35,047 nt of DNA, from positions 1 to 35,047 of the IMG/VR virus record IMGVR_UViG_2534682060_000007; one strand, 5' to 3'. This document shows, in pieces, positions 26,949 through 34,137 of the stretch (position 1 is the stretch's first letter; every line of letters begins with the position of its first letter). Both the position numbers and the translations under genes were made by a program. The stretch is from a virus. Its lineage: Duplodnaviria; Heunggongvirae; Uroviricota; Caudoviricetes. The notes under the pieces are model-generated. The model made no database searches. It saw only the letters and a program-made list of their open reading frames with translations, and had not been told where the DNA came from.

Positions 26949-27216
26949 GTTACAGGCTCGCGTAGAGATTCTTGAAAAAGAAAATGCGAGTCTAAAAGGA
27001 ATGCTGGCGCGGGCGGAAAGGGAATTATCAGGCAAATTATTGCCAGAAGAGCTGCCACCAGCAGATATACCTGATCGAGTGTCCTGGTGGATGAAGTATT
27101 TCCGTGTACCGTGGGAGGCGTTTTGGTGCTACGACCATCGCAGATGGTGTGATGAGCTTGATAGCAGTTTCCCCTATTTTGCGGAAGGGAACTCTTGCCC
27201 TGAATGTAGGAGTTAA
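26932..27216 (+). CDS. hypothetical coiled-coil protein with C-terminal CPEC motif
   Basis: Start at internal ATG 26932 (MPTKAELQARVEILEKEN...). Confidence 0.45.
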   Translation: MPTKAELQARVEILEKENASLKGMLARAERELSGKLLPEELPPADIPDRVSWWMKYFRVPWEAFWCYDHRRWCDELDSSFPYFAEGNSCPECRS

Positions 27217-27446
27217 TGATGACCGGCGAGCTTTATTTTAAAATGTTTCTCGTTAGGAGTGCAGTCAAAATTTTTGGGCAATACAGGATCGAGAGGAATG
27301 CGATTAGGCATAGCCAATTCCTTATTAACTGATTGGCAACGAGGTTACGCTGATCCGTTGGTGATGAATAGTAGCAAAGAGCACAAAATCATCAGCGGTG
27401 GTTGATGTACGTAACGCGTTTGCACCAAAGGTGTCCATTTAATGTA

Positions 27447-27466
27447 TACTGTATAAATGAACAGTA
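27447..27466. promoter_or_regulatory. LexA (SOS) box
   Basis: TACTGTATAAATGAACAGTA = CTGT-N8-ACAG with palindromic TA flanks, about 20 bp upstream of humD start. Confidence 0.65.
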
Positions 27467-27485
27467 TTATTGAGGTGAAAACGCT

Positions 27486-27875
27486 ATGGGCTTCCCTTCT
27501 CCTGCGGCGGATTATGTTGAAAGCCGAATTTCTCTTGATCAGCAACTAATCAGGCATCCATCAGCAACCTACTTCATGCGGGCAGCTGATAGCCATCACC
27601 GTGAGGGAATATTGCAAGGTGCTTTGCTGGTGGTTGATTCTTCGCTTACTCCAGTTGATGGTTCGCTGCTTGTGTGCGCTATGGAGGGTGAATATCGCAT
27701 AAAGAGATACAGGAAGTATCCGCGCCAGCACCTGGAGGATTTAAGCACCGGGAAGAAAGAGGCGTTACCAGTAGATGACGATGGATGCACGGGAAGTAAT
27801 GCTGTTTTTGGTGTGATCACTCATGTCATCAATGATGCCCGAAGTGGGGAGTTTGATGATTGTCCGGTTATTTAA
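27486..27875 (+). CDS. humD: UmuD'-like protein lacking the N-terminal tail (P1 HumD-like)
   Basis: Starts MGFPSPAADYVE..., i.e. near the UmuD self-cleavage site; conserved FPSPAADY, HPSATYF, FGVI.HVI segments; GAGGTG RBS. Confidence 0.8.
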   Translation: MGFPSPAADYVESRISLDQQLIRHPSATYFMRAADSHHREGILQGALLVVDSSLTPVDGSLLVCAMEGEYRIKRYRKYPRQHLEDLSTGKKEALPVDDDGCTGSNAVFGVITHVINDARSGEFDDCPVI

Positions 27876-27914
27876 GCTGCAAAGTGCTGGTGCTTTATGC
27901 CTGTGAGGTTTATA

Positions 27915-27940
27915 ATTGTGTACACATAATGAGTACACGA
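27915..27940. promoter_or_regulatory. phd-doc promoter/operator region
   Basis: Palindrome TGTGTACACA (27917-27926) and related GAGTACAC half-site, immediately upstream of phd. Confidence 0.4.
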
Positions 27941-27947
27941 GGTGTTT

Positions 27948-28169
27948 ATGCAATCCATTAACTTCCGTACCGCGCGCGGCAACTTTTCTGAAGTGCTCAA
28001 CAATGTTGAAGCCGGGGAAGAGGTTGAAATCACCCGCAGAGGCCGTGAGCCAGCAGTAATTGTCAGCAAGGCTACTTTCGAAGCCTACAAAAAAGCGGCG
28101 CTGGATGCCGAATTTGCATCTCTGTTTGACACTCTGGATTCCACCAACAAGGAACTGGTTAACCGATAA
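27948..28169 (+). CDS. phd: Phd antitoxin (prevent-host-death)
   Basis: 73-aa product [73 protein letters not shown], near-identical to P1 Phd as recalled. Confidence 0.9.
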
Positions 28170-28549
28170 TGAGGCATATATCACCGGAAGAACTTATTGC
28201 GCTTCATGATGCGAATATAAGCCGCTACGGCGGACTGCCGGGCATGTCAGATCCGGGTAGGGCAGAGGCCATTATCGGGAGAGTTCAGGCCAGAGTTGCC
28301 TACGAAGAGATCACCGACCTTTTCGAAGTCTCCGCCACCTACCTGGTGGCTACGGCGAGAGGGCATATATTCAATGATGCCAATAAGCGTACCGCGCTAA
28401 ACAGTGCGCTGCTATTTCTACGCCGTAACGGGGTGCAGGTATTTGATTCACCTGAACTGGCAGACCTTACCGTAGGGGCTGCGACCGGAGAGATATCTGT
28501 ATCTTCTGTCGCCGACACGTTACGTAGATTGTATGGTTCCGCGGAGTAG
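28169..28549 (+). CDS. doc: Doc toxin (Fic-fold kinase)
   Basis: 126 aa with Fic-type motif HIFNDANKR; overlapping stop/start with phd. Confidence 0.9.
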
Positions 28550-28553
28550 ATTA

Positions 28554-28751
28554 ATGGCACGTAGATACAACAAATTGTCCCGTGAAGCGTTAAAGATGCT
28601 TCTTGATGGCGTGAGTCGCCGCGAGGTAAAGCAATACCTGATTGGTAAGCAAATTGGCGCCAGGACCGCTATTGCTGTGTTATGCCGTCAGGAAATGGTT
28701 GTGCTTAAACAGAGAATGCTTGGTAGCAGGCAAAGTGCTTCCAGTATTTGA
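28554..28751 (+). CDS. small basic hypothetical protein
   Basis: Internal ATG 28554 (MARRYNKLSREALKMLLDGV...), just after doc stop. Confidence 0.4.
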   Translation: MARRYNKLSREALKMLLDGVSRREVKQYLIGKQIGARTAIAVLCRQEMVVLKQRMLGSRQSASSI

Positions 28752-28755
28752 AAAG

Positions 28756-28786
28756 AAGCCCGCCATACCAAGCGGGCTTTTTGTTA
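28756..28786. terminator. Rho-independent terminator between convergent operons
   Basis: Stem gcccgc/gcgggc with 7-nt loop followed by TTTTTGTTATTT. Confidence 0.55.
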
Positions 28787-29560
28787 TTTCACCTCTTCTG
28801 CCGCTGTATCATTGGACTGTTCTTCTTTGGCCCGTTCTGCAATCGCCGCACGGCATTTCGCCCTGGCTATAGCGATTGCTTCAGCTCGCACATCGTCTGG
28901 AATCGTTGACGTGATATACATATCCAGTTCTTCGGCACGGAATACTGTTTGGTCCAGATATTCGCGTAGCATCCAGGTAAATTCGAAATCACACGCGATA
29001 ATCTCTGCGCTACCTTCTGCACCATTTGGGAAATGAATAAATGCCTGTTTAGCCAAACCGATAACACGACATGCGGTTGCCAAAACAGCGACAACCAGGT
29101 TTACATTTTCACACGCTACGGGCTGATTAACGCCGGAGATTACTCCATTTAACTGTCGGTTATATGGAAGGTAGTTTGAGATGCGTTCTACGCGCCATGT
29201 GCCAGTCAGGCTGCCATTTTTAAAGATAATTGGTGTAACGGATAGCCCAAGCTCGCGTATAAGTCGTTGCGCTATAGCAGGATCATTAAACAGGTCTAAT
29301 GCTACACATTCGAAAGACTGCGCAAGGGTAAACAGTTCTTCCAGAGAGTAGTCTTTGCCCCTGGCGGTGATGTAACGACGAACGCCGCTGTCTGCATCAC
29401 TCCATATAGCTACGCCATGCTCTTCATTCAGCTCTTCATTAAAGCCGAGATACGTCATGATAGTGCGTTCAATCGTGTCAAACGGCAGTGACATGTCGGC
29501 GTTAACAGCCACCAGCAGGCCATTACGCAAGCGGTATTGAATTGTTTTGGTGCTTTCCAT
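28784..29560 (-). CDS. hypothetical protein
   Basis: 258-aa ORF, last gene of the leftward operon. Confidence 0.55.
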   Translation of the reverse strand: MESTKTIQYRLRNGLLVAVNADMSLPFDTIERTIMTYLGFNEELNEEHGVAIWSDADSGVRRYITARGKDYSLEELFTLAQSFECVALDLFNDPAIAQRLIRELGLSVTPIIFKNGSLTGTWRVERISNYLPYNRQLNGVISGVNQPVACENVNLVVAVLATACRVIGLAKQAFIHFPNGAEGSAEIIACDFEFTWMLREYLDQTVFRAEELDMYITSTIPDDVRAEAIAIARAKCRAAIAERAKEEQSNDTAAEEVK

Positions 29561-29566
29561 GTCAAA

Positions 29567-30244
29567 TCACTCCACTACAAACCAGTCACATGCCAGTAAG
29601 TCGCCTACAGAAGGAACCCACGGAACAACTACACCTTGTGCATTTTTTAAGGCGAAATAAGCACCATACGGAACGAGGTCGCCGGGGAAATATCCCTTAA
29701 TGGCTTCCATTCGTGCCGGGTACTGTCCTTCAGGAACCAGCCAGCAGAATTGGTTTTCGCCGTTCCACCCGCGTCGAGCAACTTTCTTGCCATCCTTCAG
29801 CCACATCAGCGCGTCAGAAAAGTCGGCTGCTTCAAGGTCGATTTCTTCTTGCTGGATGGTGATGCCACCAGCAGAAATAGTTACGCTCCCGGTAAGATTA
29901 ATCATCACGCCGTTGTCATCCGTAATGATGACCGTGGTTCCATTTTTGGAGGCGTCGTTAACCAGGCCATAGCGTTCCTCAAATGGTTTCTCCGGGGCAT
30001 AGAACAGATAACCGTTTTCATAAACGATCAGATACCCGCCAGTTTTTGGTCGGTGTTTTTGTAAAAACATTGCGTCAACACAAACTGTTGCCCCTTTTGG
30101 TTCAACGAGTTCGATGCAGCCCCACAGTGGGGCATCAGTTACTCCGAAAATAACAACATTTTTGATTTTCGATGCACTAACGTTTTTGTGAGCTTTGTAT
30201 TTGGGAAGGAACTTAAAAAGCTCTTTCGTTGCCATGTTATTCAT
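29567..30244 (-). CDS. two-domain protein with C-terminal DUF2829 (Tad2-like) domain
   Basis: C-terminal FSDALMWLKDGKKVARRGWNGENQFCWLVPEG...PWVPSVGDLLACDWFVVE matches the DUF2829 hallmark (GKKV.R.GWNG) as recalled. Confidence 0.55.
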   Translation of the reverse strand: MNNMATKELFKFLPKYKAHKNVSASKIKNVVIFGVTDAPLWGCIELVEPKGATVCVDAMFLQKHRPKTGGYLIVYENGYLFYAPEKPFEERYGLVNDASKNGTTVIITDDNGVMINLTGSVTISAGGITIQQEEIDLEAADFSDALMWLKDGKKVARRGWNGENQFCWLVPEGQYPARMEAIKGYFPGDLVPYGAYFALKNAQGVVVPWVPSVGDLLACDWFVVE

Positions 30245-30258
30245 AGTCTTTTCTCTGC

Positions 30259-30753
30259 TTATAACTTTTCGTACTGAAGCGGTGAACGCTTAATTTCAAA
30301 GTGGCCTTCCGATGTGCTACCAAAGCCACCAGCACCACGTTCCGTTTCGTTGAGTTCCTCAACCTCGACTAGTGAGACTTGTTCAACACGCTCAAAAATT
30401 CCTTGCATGACAGCCATTCCAGGCTTGAGACAAACGCCTTCCCCGCCGGGATCAGTAATCAGTTTTGCCATGATTTCACCGCGATAATCGGAGTCGATAA
30501 TTCCTACGCAGTTAGCCAGGCGAGTATGTTTTTTGCAGCCCAATCCGGATCGCGGATAGAGTTTCAGACACCAGCCGGGCGGGATCTCCATAGCCAGTCC
30601 GGTATACACCCACCAGCTTGAGGAAATTGCACCATTGCTATCGACGCATGGTTTTATTTCAACAGCCTCAAAATCCATCGCCGCCGATCCGGAGGTGGCA
30701 TAAGCTGGAAGTTTTGCTGCCGGATGTAGGCGTTTCACTTTTACGTAAATCAT
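30259..30753 (-). CDS. dut: dUTP diphosphatase
   Basis: dUTPase motifs AYATSGSAAMDF, RSGLG, IIDSDYRGEI, RGAGGFGSTS. Confidence 0.85.
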   Translation of the reverse strand: MIYVKVKRLHPAAKLPAYATSGSAAMDFEAVEIKPCVDSNGAISSSWWVYTGLAMEIPPGWCLKLYPRSGLGCKKHTRLANCVGIIDSDYRGEIMAKLITDPGGEGVCLKPGMAVMQGIFERVEQVSLVEVEELNETERGAGGFGSTSEGHFEIKRSPLQYEKL

Positions 30754-31226
30754 TGTTTTTTAGCTCTCTGCGTGAAGGTGTAAACCCGACGTTTGATATG
30801 TGGAACGGTAGGAACAGGAAGACAGGAACTTTCAATAACCCCTTGCCCCTCCAGCGATCGCACCGCCCGCAAGAACTGCGACGTGTCGCCGCCAAACTGG
30901 CGGGCATAGGTGCTGCCGTTATGAAGTATTTGAGCTATTACCCGAGCTTTTGTCTGGCTGTCACGATATGCGAATAGCCGCACGGCCTCTTCTGGCGCAA
31001 TCGCTAACTGATAGCCTTTCCCGGCACGGTGTCGAATGAATCCATGCGCCAGTAGGTTTTTGAGTTCGTTACGAGTGCGAACAGATCCGTAATCCAGGAA
31101 GTGTGGATTGATAACGACTGGCTTAAACCATTCCGTAGGTGCTTTAGCTAATAGAGCTAACAGCTTCCCGGATAATTCTGGATAGGAAGACGGGTAACAA
31201 TTCAGAGATGGGTAATAAGTTTTCAC
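30750..31226 (-). CDS. hypothetical protein
   Basis: 158-aa ORF, ATGA-type overlap with dut. Confidence 0.5.
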   Translation of the reverse strand: MKTYYPSLNCYPSSYPELSGKLLALLAKAPTEWFKPVVINPHFLDYGSVRTRNELKNLLAHGFIRHRAGKGYQLAIAPEEAVRLFAYRDSQTKARVIAQILHNGSTYARQFGGDTSQFLRAVRSLEGQGVIESSCLPVPTVPHIKRRVYTFTQRAKKQ

Positions 31227-31567
31227 CGACGCCCCCTTGCAGGATATCGACCTGCATTAGTATCCGGTGCAATAAAGCCGGTAGTGGGGCGAGTGAAAGC
31301 GAGATTAATCTTCTCGACCATAGTGCGATAATTTTCCTGATAGTGGGCCAGGAGTTTTTCGGCGGCAATGATGGTTACTTTCCGGACGTAGCTTTCTGCT
31401 TCCTCCAGATTTCGCCAGTTTTTTTCGAGGGTAAACACAGGGACGGCCTCAAGCCCGGTCATGATGCCGAACACAACGACAGCATGACTGTTCTTAACAC
31501 CAGCGGCGAAGGTTACGGTGTAACAATCCACCTTGAAGCGTCTTGATTCCGTGATTTGACTCTGCAA
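31223..31567 (-). CDS. hypothetical protein
   Basis: 114-aa ORF, first gene after motif site 5. Confidence 0.5.
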   Translation of the reverse strand: MQSQITESRRFKVDCYTVTFAAGVKNSHAVVVFGIMTGLEAVPVFTLEKNWRNLEEAESYVRKVTIIAAEKLLAHYQENYRTMVEKINLAFTRPTTGFIAPDTNAGRYPARGRR

Positions 31568-31621
31568 AGCACCCTCCTAAATAGGCGAGGGTACTTTACA
31601 GCAAAGGCGTCAATCTAAAAA

Positions 31622-31640
31622 GATGTGTTAGAAATTTAAT
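31622..31640. promoter_or_regulatory. recurring motif site 5 (GATGTGTTAGAAATTTAATT)
   Basis: In the 73-bp gap between the Cre-like gene and the downstream operon. Confidence 0.4.
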
Positions 31641-32669
31641 TTACGAATCCATCAGGCGGCTATTAGCCCCCACAGACACGCCGCCACGGCGAAGATACCG
31701 CATAAGTGTTTCCGGTTTCTTCCAGGTTCCTTCCTGCATGATCTCCACCATAGACACCTGCTTTTCAGCCATATCAATAGCGGCCCCGACACGTGCACTA
31801 TGCCCGGTCCACGTCCGGTATCTTCCTTTGTTTGGCGTAGCATCTCTTTTATTCAGCAACACCCAGGCGTCGCTGAATATTTTCTCCATTGCAGGTGCAG
31901 TAAGGGGCGTTGTCGTGATCCTGGCCTTATTGCTACGGTGTATCGGCGGGAACAGCACTGCGTCAGGATGTTCGCGAAGCCCGGAAACATCCAGCCAGTC
32001 ATTCAGCACAGCGGTAGTGCGACGGGAAAGCACCTTATCAAGCCCGGCGGCGGTCGTTATTGTCTTCGTGTGTGAAATATGTAGCGTGACAGTGTCACCT
32101 GTTTGGTCCAGATCTCCTACACGAATACGCGAGATTTCCGACATACGCATCAGCGTATTGTATGCAACAAAGAGAAAAGCCCGGTTGCGCAGGTCCACCA
32201 GCCGTTCTGACCTGGACAACAGGACGTCGAGCAGTTTCAGATCGTCCCACCGCAGCGGTATAGCCTGGCCTGTTCGTTCGCCTTTTTCAGTTGCCGCTTC
32301 GCGCCGGATGCGCCGCATAGCCAGAGAAACACTTTTATCATCCGAAAGTGGCGGAAGACCACAATGCGAAAGCAGCATGTTCAGCATGGCGTAGTGCTTA
32401 TCAATGGTGGTCGAAGCCAGATCGGCATCATGCAGCTGAAGAAAATACTCGCGGGCCATTTCTGGTGAGATCGGAAACCAGGCAAGCTGGCGAGCGTGAC
32501 ACCAGCGCGCCCAGGAATGAAACACCAACCGGAGGTCGCGCAGAGTATTCGGCGCATAAGCCCCCTGGTCATTCATGAACCGCATAAAGTTTTCTGCGGC
32601 TTCCTGGTACTCTTTGCCAATGTTGCGCAGAAAACCACCGGAACTGCCAGAGATAATTAATTCACTCAT
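31641..32669 (-). CDS. Cre-like tyrosine site-specific recombinase
   Basis: Collinear similarity to P1 Cre as recalled: SWARWC, WFP, VSLAMRRIRRE, AYNTLMRMSEISRIRVGDL, HISHTKT, WTGHSARVGAAIDMA, EIMQEGTW, catalytic Tyr in LMRYLRR. Confidence 0.85.
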   Translation of the reverse strand: MSELIISGSSGGFLRNIGKEYQEAAENFMRFMNDQGAYAPNTLRDLRLVFHSWARWCHARQLAWFPISPEMAREYFLQLHDADLASTTIDKHYAMLNMLLSHCGLPPLSDDKSVSLAMRRIRREAATEKGERTGQAIPLRWDDLKLLDVLLSRSERLVDLRNRAFLFVAYNTLMRMSEISRIRVGDLDQTGDTVTLHISHTKTITTAAGLDKVLSRRTTAVLNDWLDVSGLREHPDAVLFPPIHRSNKARITTTPLTAPAMEKIFSDAWVLLNKRDATPNKGRYRTWTGHSARVGAAIDMAEKQVSMVEIMQEGTWKKPETLMRYLRRGGVSVGANSRLMDS

Positions 32670-32820
32670 GAAACTATTTCACCTCTATATACAGATGACG
32701 CTACGCGAAAAATATAAAAATGACAGGGTAGCTATAAGTTAATTTTCAAAATACAAGCCTTTGATTCGAGGCACGTATTTTCAGTGATGTCAACACTGTT
32801 CATCTACACATGATTATAGC

Positions 32821-32854
32821 CTAACTTTAAATAATGCCAATTATTTAAAGTTAT
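32821..32854. other. candidate lox-like recombination site (13-bp inverted arms, 8-bp spacer)
   Basis: CTAACTTTAAATA-ATGCCAAT-TATTTAAAGTTAT; arms match 12/13 to each other and 10/13 to the loxP arm ATAACTTCGTATA; about 150 bp upstream of the Cre-like start. Confidence 0.45.
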
Positions 32855-33032
32855 AAAATGGCGATTTTTTTTAATCCATCACAGATTGATTGCTGACCAG
32901 TAACACGTTGCCTTCATGGTCTTTAATTTGCGAAGCGTGGTTTATACAGTTGGTTTTCTAAAATTGATGACAAAAAATCACAGTTCGATCCTTTACTCAC
33001 TCTGTTATTCGACATAAATTTGTCATAGTAAT

Positions 33033-33052
33033 TTTATGTTAGAAAACTAAAT
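33033..33052. promoter_or_regulatory. recurring motif site 6 (TTTATGTTAGAAAACTAAAT)
   Basis: About 13 bp upstream of the 33065 start codon; a related TTTTCTAAAATTGA lies at about 32955-32970. Confidence 0.4.
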
Positions 33053-33064
33053 CGAGTAGGAATA

Positions 33065-34102
33065 ATGAGTAAGAAGTCGATCGAGAAAGAGTACAAACGG
33101 TTCCTGCAAACCGCTGAACGGTGGAAAGAGCTGGTGGTCGCAAACTCTGTTTTCCATGATACCAGTTATGCTGGCGAGGAATTCCGCCATGTTGCATTAA
33201 CGCATGACCAAAACATATTAGAAGAAGCTGAAAAATGTCTTGCTGAATGGAAAGCCTTCGTTGACATGTGCCGCGATGCCGACGGCAAAGCGTCGAACAT
33301 TGTTGAGTCTGTATATTCTCCGATCCCATTCATCATTGAGGACACCAATCAAAGCACGCATGTTGTTGTGCAAAGCGCTACAACAACACGTACATTTACA
33401 CGTGAACAATTGCTCAAAAAATACGACAAAATCATAAAGAAAAGCCTGAAAAATAGGGTTTTTTCTCAAATCGTAGGTGCTCTTGAAGAAGAACAGCGCT
33501 TCTTTGAAGCTGAGCCTGAAGGCGAGATCTACCGGGCGCGTAAAGAGGCATATACAGATGTTGTGCTGACAACAAACATCGAAGGCAGCAATGCCCTTTC
33601 TCGCTTTAGAGTTGGCGCACATGGCGCATTGGTTTTCGCAAAACTACCGAAGACAACAATCCCCGTTGTCAATAATGTTGGTGAGCGCCGGAGCATTACA
33701 ATTTATTCTGGCGTCGAATCGGTACCTTGCAGCCTTCTCGGCGATTTTAACTTATATCGTGTTCGTGACCTGGAAAAACACCAGCCAAGCTACGTTGCGA
33801 AGTCGTACATCTTAAGGAACATCGATATTCGCAATGAAAGCCTTAAGCAGAAATCCGCTAAGATGCTGGAGGATGCCGATCCGGCTATTCGCCATATCAT
33901 TGAGCGTAAGATACGTACATCACGTGAAGCAATGGCAAGGCTGGATAAAATGGATCTGGAATTGTTAGACGTAATGATGGCCTCTGGAGACGACCTGACC
34001 GGCATAAAACTGAATGAAGCTCGTAAAAAATACGGCAAAGCAATCGAAGAACGTTACGGATACACATTCCCCCAAACGCAGTACGCCGCGAAGCTCTGGT
34101 AA
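33065..34102 (+). CDS. hypothetical protein (345 aa) between the lox-like site and terminase
   Basis: Isolated gene flanked by AT-rich intergenic DNA and a terminator hairpin; no recognisable catalytic motif. Confidence 0.6.
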   Translation: MSKKSIEKEYKRFLQTAERWKELVVANSVFHDTSYAGEEFRHVALTHDQNILEEAEKCLAEWKAFVDMCRDADGKASNIVESVYSPIPFIIEDTNQSTHVVVQSATTTRTFTREQLLKKYDKIIKKSLKNRVFSQIVGALEEEQRFFEAEPEGEIYRARKEAYTDVVLTTNIEGSNALSRFRVGAHGALVFAKLPKTTIPVVNNVGERRSITIYSGVESVPCSLLGDFNLYRVRDLEKHQPSYVAKSYILRNIDIRNESLKQKSAKMLEDADPAIRHIIERKIRTSREAMARLDKMDLELLDVMMASGDDLTGIKLNEARKKYGKAIEERYGYTFPQTQYAAKLW

Positions 34103-34111
34103 TCACAACCG

Positions 34112-34137
34112 GCCCCGCATCGCGGGGCTTTATATAT
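34112..34137. terminator. terminator hairpin between convergent genes
   Basis: Stem gccccgc/gcggggc with 3-nt loop followed by TTTATATAT. Confidence 0.45.

Noticed and set aside
27345-27545. 66-aa minus-strand ORF overlapping the LexA box and the humD start
   Set aside because: Overlaps a well-supported promoter and the 5' end of humD on the opposite strand, with no RBS; most likely spurious.
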